Assembly: GCA_000994805.1 (NCBI GenBank)
Contig: LCEQ01000004.1
Span: 1-37,509 of the forward strand
Length of the DNA stretch: 37,509 nucleotides
Reading direction: 5' to 3'
From: Candidatus Azambacteria bacterium GW2011_GWA2_42_9
GTDB taxonomy: Bacteria > Patescibacteriota > Minisyncoccia > UBA10092
Notes under the pieces: model-generated
The model's input: only the letters and a program-made list of their open reading frames with translations
What the model was told of the DNA's origin: nothing
Databases searched by the model: none
Translations under genes and position numbers: made by a program
Shown here: positions 1 through 10,319 of the stretch, one piece after another
Layout of the letters: the number at the start of each line of letters is the position of its first letter
Position numbering within the stretch: the stretch's first letter is position 1

Positions 1-2
1 AC

Positions 3-749
3 TGTGGAATTTCAGTTGATTCTCTTGTGAATGGCGACGGCACAACCGATGGCGGCTGCGCTGGCTCATCGGGCTATTTTCCGGCGGTTGCCACCACCAC
101 GCCTCAAATCAGAAACAATCAGTTTATCAGAAATCGATTTGTTGCCGTTGAAACGAGAAACGGCGCGACTCCTATTTTAGACAGCAACATTTTTACCGAC
201 AACGGCTACCCGGTTAGAATTGAAAGTTCATATCCATCAATAATTAATTCTCAACTCGCCAATTCCACTACCAGTCCCAATATCTTAAATGGCATCGCCA
301 TTGATGGTTATACTCATTTCAGAAAAAATTTCACTCTTAAAAAAGATTTGCCATACATCTTAGAAACCAACGGGCCGGCGCTTTCGCCATATGTTGATTC
401 CGGTGCGATTTTAACCCTTGAACTGGGAACGATTTTAAAAACTAACAACACCAATTCAACACTTTTTGTTTATGGCAGTTTAATCGCTTCAACCACACCT
501 GATAATCCGATTGTTTTCACTTCTTTAAAAGACGATGCGCGGGGCGGCGACACCAATGGCGACGGTTCGCTTACCTCACCGCAAGACAACGATTGGGCAA
601 ATATCAAATTTCTTTCCGGCAGTGTTGGAACTTTTGTAAACACGATTTTTAGCTATGGCGGATTTGGCTACGTTGGACCGGAAGTCAGCGCGACCTCAAC
701 GGCGCCCATGTTCTCTATTGACTCCGGCGCTATAGTTGTTATTCAATAA
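3..749 (+). CDS. 3' part of a larger secreted/surface protein with parallel beta-helix-like repeats (5' end outside the window)
   Basis: This frame is open from the window edge, with no stop between nt 3 and the GTG at 27. Translated units such as NNQFIRNRF..VETRNG and LDSNIFTDNGYPVRI look like PbH1-type beta-helix repeats. There is a D/G-rich DDARGGDTNGDGS segment. TAA stop at 747-749. Confidence 0.55.
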   Translation, partial: CGISVDSLVNGDGTTDGGCAGSSGYFPAVATTTPQIRNNQFIRNRFVAVETRNGATPILDSNIFTDNGYPVRIESSYPSIINSQLANSTTSPNILNGIAIDGYTHFRKNFTLKKDLPYILETNGPALSPYVDSGAILTLELGTILKTNNTNSTLFVYGSLIASTTPDNPIVFTSLKDDARGGDTNGDGSLTSPQDNDWANIKFLSGSVGTFVNTIFSYGGFGYVGPEVSATSTAPMFSIDSGAIVVIQ

Positions 750-755
750 TACTGT

Positions 756-1337
756 ATGGATGATATTTTTAATACTGAACTTGGGAGGAAAATTTTGGCT
801 TTGACGAAAGCCAGTTTTAAGGTATCTGATCTGATATCCGATCTTGTTTTTCGGGGAAAAATTAAAGAACAGGTTATTGAGGTTTATAAAACATTTTTAA
901 TGTTTAACGCGGAAAAAAATCACGGTGAACTTTTAAAAGAAATTAATGTTTTGGACCATTATTTTTATTTGGGAGGCCATCTGAATTTAATAAAAGAGGA
1001 ACATTTGAAACAATTGCAAAACGGATTTTTGGTTTTCAAATCGCATATTATTTTGGCGATGAATGAAAACGATAAATCTGACACTGGTTCTCACAAAGGC
1101 GCCCGCCTGTCGGATGAGCGGGAACTAGCCTCTGGCGGAGAAAGTTTAAACGCGAAGCAGAAAAAAATTATGGAAAAATTTAGCAGTAAAGACACATTAA
1201 AATTAGCCGAGATATTAGAGCTTTTTCCCGACATTTCCGAAAGAACTATCCGCAACGAATTAACTTTTTTGATAGGCCTTGGGGAAATAACAAGAGACGG
1301 CCGGGGAAACGGAAGTTTCTACAGATTGTTAAAATAA
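756..1337 (+). CDS. Small protein with a helical N-terminal domain and a C-terminal DeoR/winged-helix-like HTH
   Basis: 193-aa ORF. The C-terminus LKLAEILELFPDISERTIRNELTFLIGLGEITRDGRGNGSFY has the typical wHTH pattern. The N-terminal half is predicted helical (KILALTKASFKVSDLISD...). The gene sits 6 nt after the upstream stop. Confidence 0.5.
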   Translation: MDDIFNTELGRKILALTKASFKVSDLISDLVFRGKIKEQVIEVYKTFLMFNAEKNHGELLKEINVLDHYFYLGGHLNLIKEEHLKQLQNGFLVFKSHIILAMNENDKSDTGSHKGARLSDERELASGGESLNAKQKKIMEKFSSKDTLKLAEILELFPDISERTIRNELTFLIGLGEITRDGRGNGSFYRLLK

Positions 1338-1343
1338 TGTTTC

Positions 1344-1380
1344 GGCAATATTGCGGCAATTCAGTTGCCGCAATATTGCC
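1344..1380 (+). terminator. Perfect 16-bp stem / 5-nt loop hairpin just after the 756-1337 stop (terminator-like, no clear U-tract)
   Basis: GGCAATATTGCGGCAA-TTCAG-TTGCCGCAATATTGCC read directly. It starts 7 nt after the TAA. The downstream sequence is GTATTATTGCC, which is T-poor, so intrinsic-terminator function is uncertain. Confidence 0.4.
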
Positions 1381-1441
1381 GTATTATTGCCTAAATATTG
1401 TCTAAAAATGCCGAAATATTTTTAAAAATTCTGTCTTGATT

Positions 1442-1559
1442 ATTCTTTCAAAGCGGGTTATGAGCCCGAAGCGGGCAGGGTGGTCGCCGAAGGCGACCGA
1501 GCGAGGGCGAATCCTCTTGCGCGCCTCGCTGGGGGCGCGCAAGAAAAGCGTGAAAGAAT
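1442..1559. ncRNA. GC-rich multi-hairpin island; candidate structured RNA of unknown family, strand undetermined
   Basis: Closing helix ATTCTTTCA (1442-1450) / TGAAAGAAT (1551-1559). Internal hairpins are 1464-1476 (5 bp), 1482-1498 (GGTCGCC-GAA-GGCGACC, 7 bp) and 1516-1543 (CTTGCGCGCC...GGCGCGCAAG, 10 bp). An alternative helix AGCGAGG (1500-1506) / CCTCGCT (1524-1530) excludes the 10-bp helix. The local G+C is far above the flanking AT-rich spacer. Confidence 0.3.
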
Positions 1560-1588
1560 GAGTGAGATAGAATTTTTATTAGATTGAG

Positions 1589-1728
1589 TTATCCACAATT
1601 GACCGGTTGTCTTGGTTTCAAAAGCGATATATAATGAAATTAAAGTTATCCACATTCAGACATAATAAAGGCAATATTGAGCATTTGCCTTTGATAAATT
1701 TAAGTGATATTATAGAGAATGTGGAAAA
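1589..1728. promoter_or_regulatory. Cluster of DnaA-box motifs
   Basis: Two perfect TTATCCACA 9-mers lie on the + strand at 1589-1597 and 1646-1654. TGTGGAAAA at 1720-1728 is TTTTCCACA on the - strand and fits TTWTNCACA. A weaker CGTGAAAAA lies at 1749-1757. A very AT-rich tract follows at about 1862-1928. Confidence 0.5.
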
Positions 1729-1743
1729 ACTAAATAATGCTGT

Positions 1744-1772
1744 TTGCGCGTGAAAAAACCAAATGATATAAT
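1744..1772 (+). promoter_or_regulatory. Sigma70-like promoter candidate for the surface-protein gene
   Basis: TTGCGC (1744-1749), a 17-nt spacer containing TG at 1764-1765, then TATAAT (1767-1772), giving an extended -10 TGnTATAAT. A second candidate is TTGACC (1779-1784)-17 nt-TATTAT (1802-1807). SD-like AAGGA lies at 1916-1920, 8 nt before the ATG at 1929. Hexamer matches are common in AT-rich DNA. Confidence 0.35.
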
Positions 1773-1928
1773 TTGCTATTGACCGCTGAATGGCCGTTTG
1801 TTATTATCTGAACTTCGGACTGAACCTTGACAATTTAACTCTAAAAATTCTCAAAAAACAATTATTGATGTTATTTAATGATTATAATTAATTAAATTAG
1901 AAAGCTCATAATTAAAAGGAAAAAAATT

Positions 1929-4900
1929 ATGTTTATATTGAAACGGGAGGCATTGCCAATTAAACTGGCTCTCATAGCGGGAGCGGCGGCAATGGCTCTC
2001 AGTTTGACTTTAGTGGTGCCAAAAGCTGGTGCCGTAACCATCGCAGAGTTAATGGTCCAGATTCAGGCGTTGCAAGCTCAGCTTGTTCAATTGCAAGCTG
2101 GCAGCACCACAGCAACAACTGCCTGCACTTTCACTAAAAGTCTTTATTTGGGGGTCAGCGATCCTCAAGTGAAATGTTTACAGCAGTATCTTAACAGCGC
2201 CGGTTATCCGGTTTCGGCAAGCGGCGCGGGTTCAGTTGGTAATGAAACAAATTATTATGGTTCTCTAACCAAAGCGGCCGTTGCCAAGTGGCAAGCGGCT
2301 ATGAATGTAAGCCCAGCCGCGGGTTACTTCGGTCCGATTTCACAGGCTAAGTATTCCTCAGTTGCCGGCACAACCGGCGGCACAACCGGCGGAGTTGTTA
2401 CTTCTCCAGTTGGCGGCGGTTTGAGTGTTGGCTTATCGGCCACAACTCCGGCTGCAAGATCACATGTCGTTGGCGCGGCTAACATGCCGTTCGGCCGATG
2501 GACTTTCACGGCCGGTTCCGGCAATGTGACTGTCACCTCTTTGAAATTCACCCGCTCGGGCATCTCTGCCGACGCGGAAGTCAGCAATGCTGAACTTTTC
2601 CAACAACCACACAATGGCTTGGGGTTTGAACGCGGCGGCTGATGTGGTTTCAAACGCTTCAAGCGTTTCCGGAACATTTCCGGCAACTTCAAACGCGATG
2701 ACCTTCGTTTCGGTTACCGACCCGGCGATTGCCACTTTGACCTCTGCCGTCGTTACAACCGGCTCCTCGGTCAATGCCGGTACCACCGGATATCTTGCCG
2801 GTTCATTCACTTTAGTGGCGGCAAACAGCGCGGTTTTGCTTGACAGAATTGTTATCACCCAGAACGGTTCAATAATTTCAGGCACCGATGTTACTAATGT
2901 TAAATTGGTAACCACCGGTGGCCAGCAACTTGGCAGTGTTTTGCCGAACTTAAGCGCTGACGGCAAGGGCACGTTTGTAATGTCTCCGGCTTATGAAATT
3001 CCTTCGGGCCAGACCATTCAGGTTAACGTTTATGCCGATGTTGTCGGCGGCGTTAATAGGACATTAATATTCAATGTTCTTAACCTTCGCGACCTTCAGG
3101 CGCGCGACAAGACCTATAATGTAGGCGTTTCCCCGTCAGCAACTCTCGCTTTAACAACAACCACAGTTGAAGCCGGCACATTAACCTTGACTCTTGACCC
3201 GTCAAGCCCGACTGGCAATATCGCCCCGAGCCAGACCAACGTTACCGTATTAAAGGTGAAAGTGGTCGCTTACGGCGAACAGGTTAAGGTTTTGTATATT
3301 CCGTTTCAGATTGTAACTGGCGGAGGTACAACCGATTTCACCGGCCAGGTTGACAATATCTATATGGTTGACGATGCCGGAAATCAGATTGGCACGACAA
3401 TTACTGCCGCTGACAGTTCGGTGGCCGCGGGCGGAACGTGGGACAATAATGACTCCACGGCTGCCACTTTCGGCACCTCATCTTCAAACATCAACTACCT
3501 GATTCCGGCCAACACGACCAGAATCTGGAGCTTAAAACTTGATGTCGTGTCAACGGCTTCGAGCACGATGACCACCAGCTTGGTGGCTGGCACCAACAAT
3601 TACCAGGGCCAGATTTCCAACGTTTCAACCGGCGACACGACCGCGGTTGGCGGCAACCAACTAACCATCACTTCCAGTCCGTTCCAGGCCAAGCAGAACA
3701 GCGCGTTCGGCGCGGGCAATATAGTGAAAGGCCAGACGGCCGCGAAAATCGGTTCATTCGTCCTTTCGGCTTCATCGGCTGAAGGCATTAATGTATCAAC
3801 TATTACCCTGACATCGTCTTCAACTTTCCCGTTTGCCAACCTTATGATTAAGGTAAACGGCGTCCAGTTTGGCGACAACAAGGGCTCGCTTCTGGCCGCA
3901 ACTGACTACACCTTTGCCGGCACTTCCCCGGTATTAATTCCTGCCGGCGGCAGCGTTACGGTTGACGCGTATGTTGACGTCTTAACCAGCGCTACCGCTC
4001 TCGGCTCCTCAACTTATGTTAAGTTGGACAGCGCTTCGGCTGTCGGCGCGCTCACCGCTTCTTCACAGACCTTGAAGACAACTGGCGGTGATAATGTTGA
4101 TAACAGCAACGACATTGCCGGCCAGAGCTTCACGGTTAACACAACCGGCGGCACAATGACGATTGCCAAAGACGCCGCTTCCCCGGCCTCTTATCAAGCG
4201 GTCATGGGCAAGACCGGTCAGTCGCTCGGTATCTGGAGGTTCACCGGCTCCGCGGTTTCAGACACCAACATCACCGATATGACAGTTACGGCCAGCACTT
4301 CGGTATCCTGTTGTTGTTTCCGGTACCGCTTCCGGCACTGCCGGCGCGGAAACCGGTTACTCTTACACCTACCACTTCACCAGTCCGCTTGTCATTCCGA
4401 TGAACACCGGCGTTTCTATGGAACTTCGCGGCAATGTGGCTTCGTTCCTTTCTGGCGGTTCCACTTCAAACGGGCAGTACATATTTAGAATTGAGAGTCC
4501 GGATGATGTAACGGCGTTATCTTCAGGCGGGTCGCTTTCCGTGACTGTTTCCGGTCCTAACGGCGGCTCCGGCATGGATGTCAACGCGATTACGGTTGTA
4601 AGGACAAAGTTGTCCGTAGCTTCGTCTGCCACTTATGGCGGCGGCGCTAACACTATAGCAACAACCGGCCACGCGCCGAGCGCGGCAGATGTCGTCGCGG
4701 CGTTTGTCTTTACCGCTGATTCGGCCAACGATGTTGTGATTAACACCGTTTCACTAAAGCTTGCCGGTTCAACTCTTGTTACTTTGACGGTTAAACTTAT
4801 TGACGACGAAACCGGTTCGGCGTGGGGTTCAACTCCTGCCGCTGGTTTGCAGCATGGTATTCCGACTAACGTCGGCGCGATTTCAACCGCTGCCGGAACC

Positions 4901-5194
4901 TCCACGGTTATCTTTAGGCCGGCCTACACCCTGTCGGGTAGCGCGACTAAGAAAGTTCGCGTTCAGGTTGACTCAACCGGTTTGACCACTACTTCAGGCA
5001 CCACGAATGGTTCATTAGTCCAGTTCTATCTGGATAACACCACGAGTGGTAGCGCGGAAGCCGGCAATGACGGTAACATTATTCAATGTTCAATAGTCAC
5101 TTGTAATGCAACCGGCTGGAACGATGGCGACACCGGCGGTCTCAACCTTGAGGCCAAGGTCTTACCGATCTATGCTCCGGCAGTTCGTTACTAA
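1929..5194 (+). pseudogene. Surface-layer-like cell-envelope protein of about 1,090 codons in three frames (two +1 frame changes: real pseudogene, population variant or sequence error)
   Basis: Three overlapping ORFs are 1929-2642 (start position mod 3 = 0), 2587-4488 (mod 3 = 1) and 4400-5194 (mod 3 = 2), with continuous protein-like sequence across both junctions. Features are an N-terminal signal/TM segment (LALIAGAAAMALSLTLVVPKAGA), the coiled coil AELMVQIQALQAQLVQLQ, a PG_binding_1-like segment (LYLGVSDPQVKCLQQYLNSAGY...YYGSLTKAAVAKWQ), then at least five T/S/G/A/V-rich modules of about 130-150 aa. Shift 1 lies near CTTTTCC at about 2598-2604. Shift 2 lies between 4283 (the upstream stop in the new frame) and about 4312. 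A strong terminator follows. Confidence 0.7.
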
Positions 5195-5242
5195 TCTGAA
5201 TTTTCCCCCGTTTCTCTTGCTTGTGACTTGAGAATCGGATTA

Positions 5243-5276
5243 AAACCAAAAACGCCCTTCGGGGCGTTTTTGGTTT
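5243..5276 (+). terminator. Rho-independent terminator of the surface-protein gene
   Basis: AAACCAAAAACGCCC-TTCG-GGGCGTTTTTGGTTT: a perfect 15-bp stem with a UUCG loop and a T-run in the 3' arm, 49 nt after the TAA. Confidence 0.85.
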
Positions 5277-5319
5277 GTCTAAATTTAAATCTTGAAATAT
5301 AGAAATATTTAAATATTAA

Positions 5320-5328
5320 TGTTATAAT
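5320..5328 (+). promoter_or_regulatory. Extended -10 promoter element (TGtTATAAT) 12 nt upstream of the 5341 ATG
   Basis: T5320 G5321 t TATAAT (5323-5328) read directly. No SD-like purine run lies between it and the ATG, which implies a very short or absent leader. Confidence 0.35.
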
Positions 5329-5340
5329 ATTTCGGTTATT

Positions 5341-7341
<2,001 letters not shown>

Positions 7342-7364
7342 GCTCTCTGTAGGTTGGATGGTTT

Positions 7365-8519
7365 TTAAAATAGTTTTTCATTTTTTTCCATCATTTCGGT
7401 GATATTGAATTTTTCTTTAACGACAATGGAGGCATTCTTAATGCATTCTTGCGCCAAGCTCGGATGCGCCAGCATTTTTTCTATGGCGTTTGCCAAGGCG
7501 GCGGGATCAGCCGGCTCCACCAGAAGGCCGGATTTTCCATTTTCTATCATTTCCGGAATGCCGGCAATATTGGTCGCCACAATCGGCACTTCGGCTGCCA
7601 TGGCTTCCAAAATAACCCAGGGCTGGCCCTCTTTGATTGATGGCAGGACAAACAAATCAAGGGCCTTTAAGTATTTGTATGCGTCGGGAATGGCGCCCAA
7701 AAGAAAAACATTATTTTTCAATTTGTATTTTTTAATCAGTTTTTCTAAGTTTTTTCTTTCGGGGCCGTCACCGATAATCATGAGCGTAACATTTGACATT
7801 TGACCCTTGATAACCGACATTGTTTTTACTAAAAATTCTAAACCCTTGTTTTTATAAAGATTGGCAATAGTGCCAATCAGGATAGAATTTAGAATATAGA
7901 ATTTAGAATATAGAATTTTTGAATTTATGAATTTTTTGGCTTCTTCTGTGAGGAAAAATTTTATTTCATTTAAAGATATGCCGTTATAGATTGTTGTTAT
8001 TTTGTTTGGTTTGGTGATTTTATTTTTTATCGCCAATTGCCTGTCAAATTCAGAATTGACGATAATAATATCTTTTAAAACAGATGAAAATTTTTCGCTC
8101 CACAAATAAATTTTTTTTATAAAAATATTATGTGGCTCTTTAAAAGCCCAGCCGCCTATCCGGTAGATGATTTTTAAATTTTCTCGCCAAAATAGCAGAC
8201 TGTAAAAACTGCCCGCCAAAGAACCTATAAAACCAGCTTCGGAACTCAAGAGGTAAAGAATATCCGGCCGGAATTTTCTTAACAGATTGAAAATTTCTAT
8301 AAATGCCAGAAAGTTTTTAATGCCTGGAATGTTGGAAAAATTTCTTATCCGCGCTGTTTTTATGTCTTTTTTAAACAGTTTCTCAAACAACTCTCCATTT
8401 CTGCCGGCGGCAACTAAAATAACATACATTTGAGCGTCCAAATGCGTTACAAGTTCATATAAAAATCGCTGGGCGCCACCCATTTCCGATTTTGTTATTA
8501 TGAATAATATCTTCTTCAT
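7365..8519 (-). CDS. GT4-family glycosyltransferase (Glycos_transf_1)
   Basis: C-terminal motif EGQPWVILEAMAAEVPIVATNIAGIPEMIENGKSGLLVEP (EX7E type). I prefer the ATG at 8519 (MKKILFIITKSEMGGAQRF, a typical GT-B N-terminus) to the ORF-track start at 8597, whose extra 26 aa are low complexity. Confidence 0.8.
   Translation of the reverse strand: MKKILFIITKSEMGGAQRFLYELVTHLDAQMYVILVAAGRNGELFEKLFKKDIKTARIRNFSNIPGIKNFLAFIEIFNLLRKFRPDILYLLSSEAGFIGSLAGSFYSLLFWRENLKIIYRIGGWAFKEPHNIFIKKIYLWSEKFSSVLKDIIIVNSEFDRQLAIKNKITKPNKITTIYNGISLNEIKFFLTEEAKKFINSKILYSKFYILNSILIGTIANLYKNKGLEFLVKTMSVIKGQMSNVTLMIIGDGPERKNLEKLIKKYKLKNNVFLLGAIPDAYKYLKALDLFVLPSIKEGQPWVILEAMAAEVPIVATNIAGIPEMIENGKSGLLVEPADPAALANAIEKMLAHPSLAQECIKNASIVVKEKFNITEMMEKNEKLF
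7882..7916. repeat. Heptanucleotide-periodic tandem repeat (ATAGAAT/TTAGAAT)x5 inside the GT4 CDS
   Basis: ATAGAAT TTAGAAT ATAGAAT TTAGAAT ATAGAAT, followed by degenerate units to about 7930. On the coding (minus) strand this reads TTCTATA/TTCTAAA units and encodes ..SKILYSKFYILNS.. just before the C-terminal Rossmann domain. Confidence 0.9.
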
Positions 8520-8557
8520 TGTATTTATTTTTGGCTTATTTAAGCCCAAAATATAGT

Positions 8558-8586
8558 TTGACTCAAAATAATATTTATTATATAGT
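8558..8586 (+). promoter_or_regulatory. Sigma70-like promoter candidate in the 78-bp divergent spacer
   Basis: TTGACT (8558-8563), a 17-nt spacer, then TATAGT (8581-8586). The only canonical start of the downstream ORF is the GTG at 8598 (in-frame TAG at 8583-8585), so the predicted leader is only about 4-6 nt. Confidence 0.35.
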
Positions 8587-8597
8587 ATATTATACAA

Positions 8598-9560
8598 GTG
8601 AAAGAATTACAAAAAAAACTGATTTTAATAATTACTCCTCATTTAAAAGGAGGACCATGGCAATGGGGGAGGGATCTTGTCGAAAAGATTAATGAAGCCG
8701 GGCAATTTCAAACCGAACATATTTTTAATGCCGGAGATAAGTTTTTAAGCCCGTTTCGCTTCGGAGCCAATGTTATCCATACAACGAATCCTTTGGCCTG
8801 GTCGGTTCTTTTCCAGCCGTTGATTTTAACCGTTCACGGCCGGCCCGGTAACCGGCTCTGGAGTTTTTTTTACTGTTTTAGCTATTATTGCGCTTCAATC
8901 GTGACCGTGCCATCGGAATTTTTAAAAACAACTCTTAAATTTAAAAAGGCTCTTGTTATTCCGAACGCTATTAATATTTCAAAATTTCCCGAAGTTAAGT
9001 TAACGGCGCGCGATTTTTTTAATATTTTAACAGTCACTAAATTCTGGTTTCCGGAAAAAACCCGTGGCTTATTTGAATTAGCGCGGGTAATTTTCGATCT
9101 TTCCAAAGATTTTGATAAGAGAATAAATTGGCGGATCATCGGTTATGGGCCGCTTTTAGAAGATATTAAAAAATCGATTGGGACTCTTGAAAAACCGGCG
9201 AATTTAAGCGTGCAATGGTTTGGGTTCGATATGCCTCAAAAATATTTTTCCGATTCCGACATCTTTGCTTATTTTTCTTATGAGGATAATATGCCGATTG
9301 CGATTATGGAGGCCATGGCTTCGGGGCTTCCCATTGTGACCAATCAGGTCGGGGCAGTCGGAGAATTAATAGACAATAACAAAGACGGATTTATAGCTGT
9401 AAAACACCGGGATTACCAAAATATTTTATTAAAACTAATGGGCGATTTTAATTTAAGAAAAGAAATTGGTCGAGCTGCACGGGATAAAATCAAGAATAAA
9501 TTCAGCTGGGAAGTAATTTTGCCAAAATGGGTTGAATTATATAATAAATTGATTAAATAA
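8598..9560 (+). CDS. GT4-family glycosyltransferase
   Basis: 320 aa with a GTG start. C-terminal motif EDNMPIAIMEAMASGLPIVTNQVGAVGELIDNNKDGFIAV. Confidence 0.75.
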   Translation: MKELQKKLILIITPHLKGGPWQWGRDLVEKINEAGQFQTEHIFNAGDKFLSPFRFGANVIHTTNPLAWSVLFQPLILTVHGRPGNRLWSFFYCFSYYCASIVTVPSEFLKTTLKFKKALVIPNAINISKFPEVKLTARDFFNILTVTKFWFPEKTRGLFELARVIFDLSKDFDKRINWRIIGYGPLLEDIKKSIGTLEKPANLSVQWFGFDMPQKYFSDSDIFAYFSYEDNMPIAIMEAMASGLPIVTNQVGAVGELIDNNKDGFIAVKHRDYQNILLKLMGDFNLRKEIGRAARDKIKNKFSWEVILPKWVELYNKLIK

Positions 9561-10319
9561 GTGGCAAAAATTTTTTTCAGATTGGACGACATTGCGCCTA
9601 ATGTGGATCGGGATAAATTTAACTTTATTGTTTCGGTTTTAAGGCGGCATAATATAAAACCTCTTTTGGCTGTTATTCCAGATAATAAAGACCCGGAACT
9701 TTTGAAATATCCGGCTAATTCCGATTTCTGGCGGACCATTAAAGAATTAAGCCGAGACGGATGGACAATTGCCCAGCACGGTTTTGAGCATCTTTATAAA
9801 ACCGGAAACGGCGGCGTTTTAAAAATCAATAAAAAAAGCGAATTCTCGGGATTGGATTTTAAAACCCAAAAGGCGATGATTGCCGGCGGGACTCGCATAA
9901 TGGAAGATCGGTTATCGTCGGCGCCCAGAATTTTTGTCGCGCCCGGCCATTCTTTTGACAGAAACACAATTAAAGCGCTTAAAGAAAACGGCTTTAATTA
10001 CATAAGCGACGGCATCGCTTTATATCCGTTTAAAAAACGGGGATTAATCTGGCTGCCTCAGGTTTTGTGGTGGCCGAGGAAAATTTGGCTTGGCCGAATA
10101 ACTGTTTGTCTTCATATAAACACAGAAAAGCGAGCGGATCTCGCCGAATTGGAAGAATTTATCGGTAAAAACCGGAAAATAATAGGAGATTTTTCAGAAC
10201 TTATGGCGTGGTATGATAGGCAAAACATTTTAACAAAATCCTTAACATTTTTAATTAATCAACCGTTCAAAATTTTTTGGTATTTAGCATTTAAATTGAA
10301 AAATGTTTTATCAAAATAA
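9561..10319 (+). CDS. DUF2334 / polysaccharide-deacetylase-like protein
   Basis: 252 aa with a GTG start abutting the upstream stop. FRLDDIAPN...HNIKPLLAVIPDN...GWTIAQHGFEH...FVAPGHSFD matches my recollection of the DUF2334 (CE4-related) pattern. Confidence 0.55.
   Translation: MAKIFFRLDDIAPNVDRDKFNFIVSVLRRHNIKPLLAVIPDNKDPELLKYPANSDFWRTIKELSRDGWTIAQHGFEHLYKTGNGGVLKINKKSEFSGLDFKTQKAMIAGGTRIMEDRLSSAPRIFVAPGHSFDRNTIKALKENGFNYISDGIALYPFKKRGLIWLPQVLWWPRKIWLGRITVCLHINTEKRADLAELEEFIGKNRKIIGDFSELMAWYDRQNILTKSLTFLINQPFKIFWYLAFKLKNVLSK

Noticed and set aside
1500-1520. tRNA-like T-arm (GAGGGCGAATCCTC) in the GC-rich island
   Set aside because: The loop is 6 nt rather than the canonical 7-nt TTCRANY. 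No acceptor, D or anticodon arms can be drawn around it on either strand.
1458-1655. 65-aa minus-strand ORF across the GC-rich island
   Set aside because: The translation is Arg/Ala/Ser-rich nonsense (ARRARGFALARSPSATT) produced by the GC-rich hairpins. It has no SD or start context and spans the DnaA box. It is most likely an artefact of a structured non-coding element.
2596-2604. Programmed +1 ribosomal frameshift at CUU_UUC (resembling the prfB CUU_U slip site)
   Set aside because: There is no in-frame stop or rare codon right after CUU to pause the ribosome, no upstream SD-like stimulator at the correct distance, and the 0-frame continues for 17 more codons. The second shift site has no comparable motif. 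An indel or error is more parsimonious.
2324-4985. Antisense and alternative-frame ORFs inside the surface-protein gene (2324-2692, 2460-2972, 3600-3881, 4369-4632, 4633-4905, 4800-4985)
   Set aside because: These are shadow ORFs of the kind expected in a GC-richer, stop-poor coding region. Only the three sense-strand segments carry a domain-like repeat pattern.
8520-8597. N-terminal 26-codon extension of the minus-strand GT4 ORF (track start at 8597)
   Set aside because: The extension (MYNILYNKYYFESNYILGLNKPKINT) is AT-driven low complexity that overlaps the divergent promoter region. The canonical GT-B N-terminus begins at the ATG at 8519.
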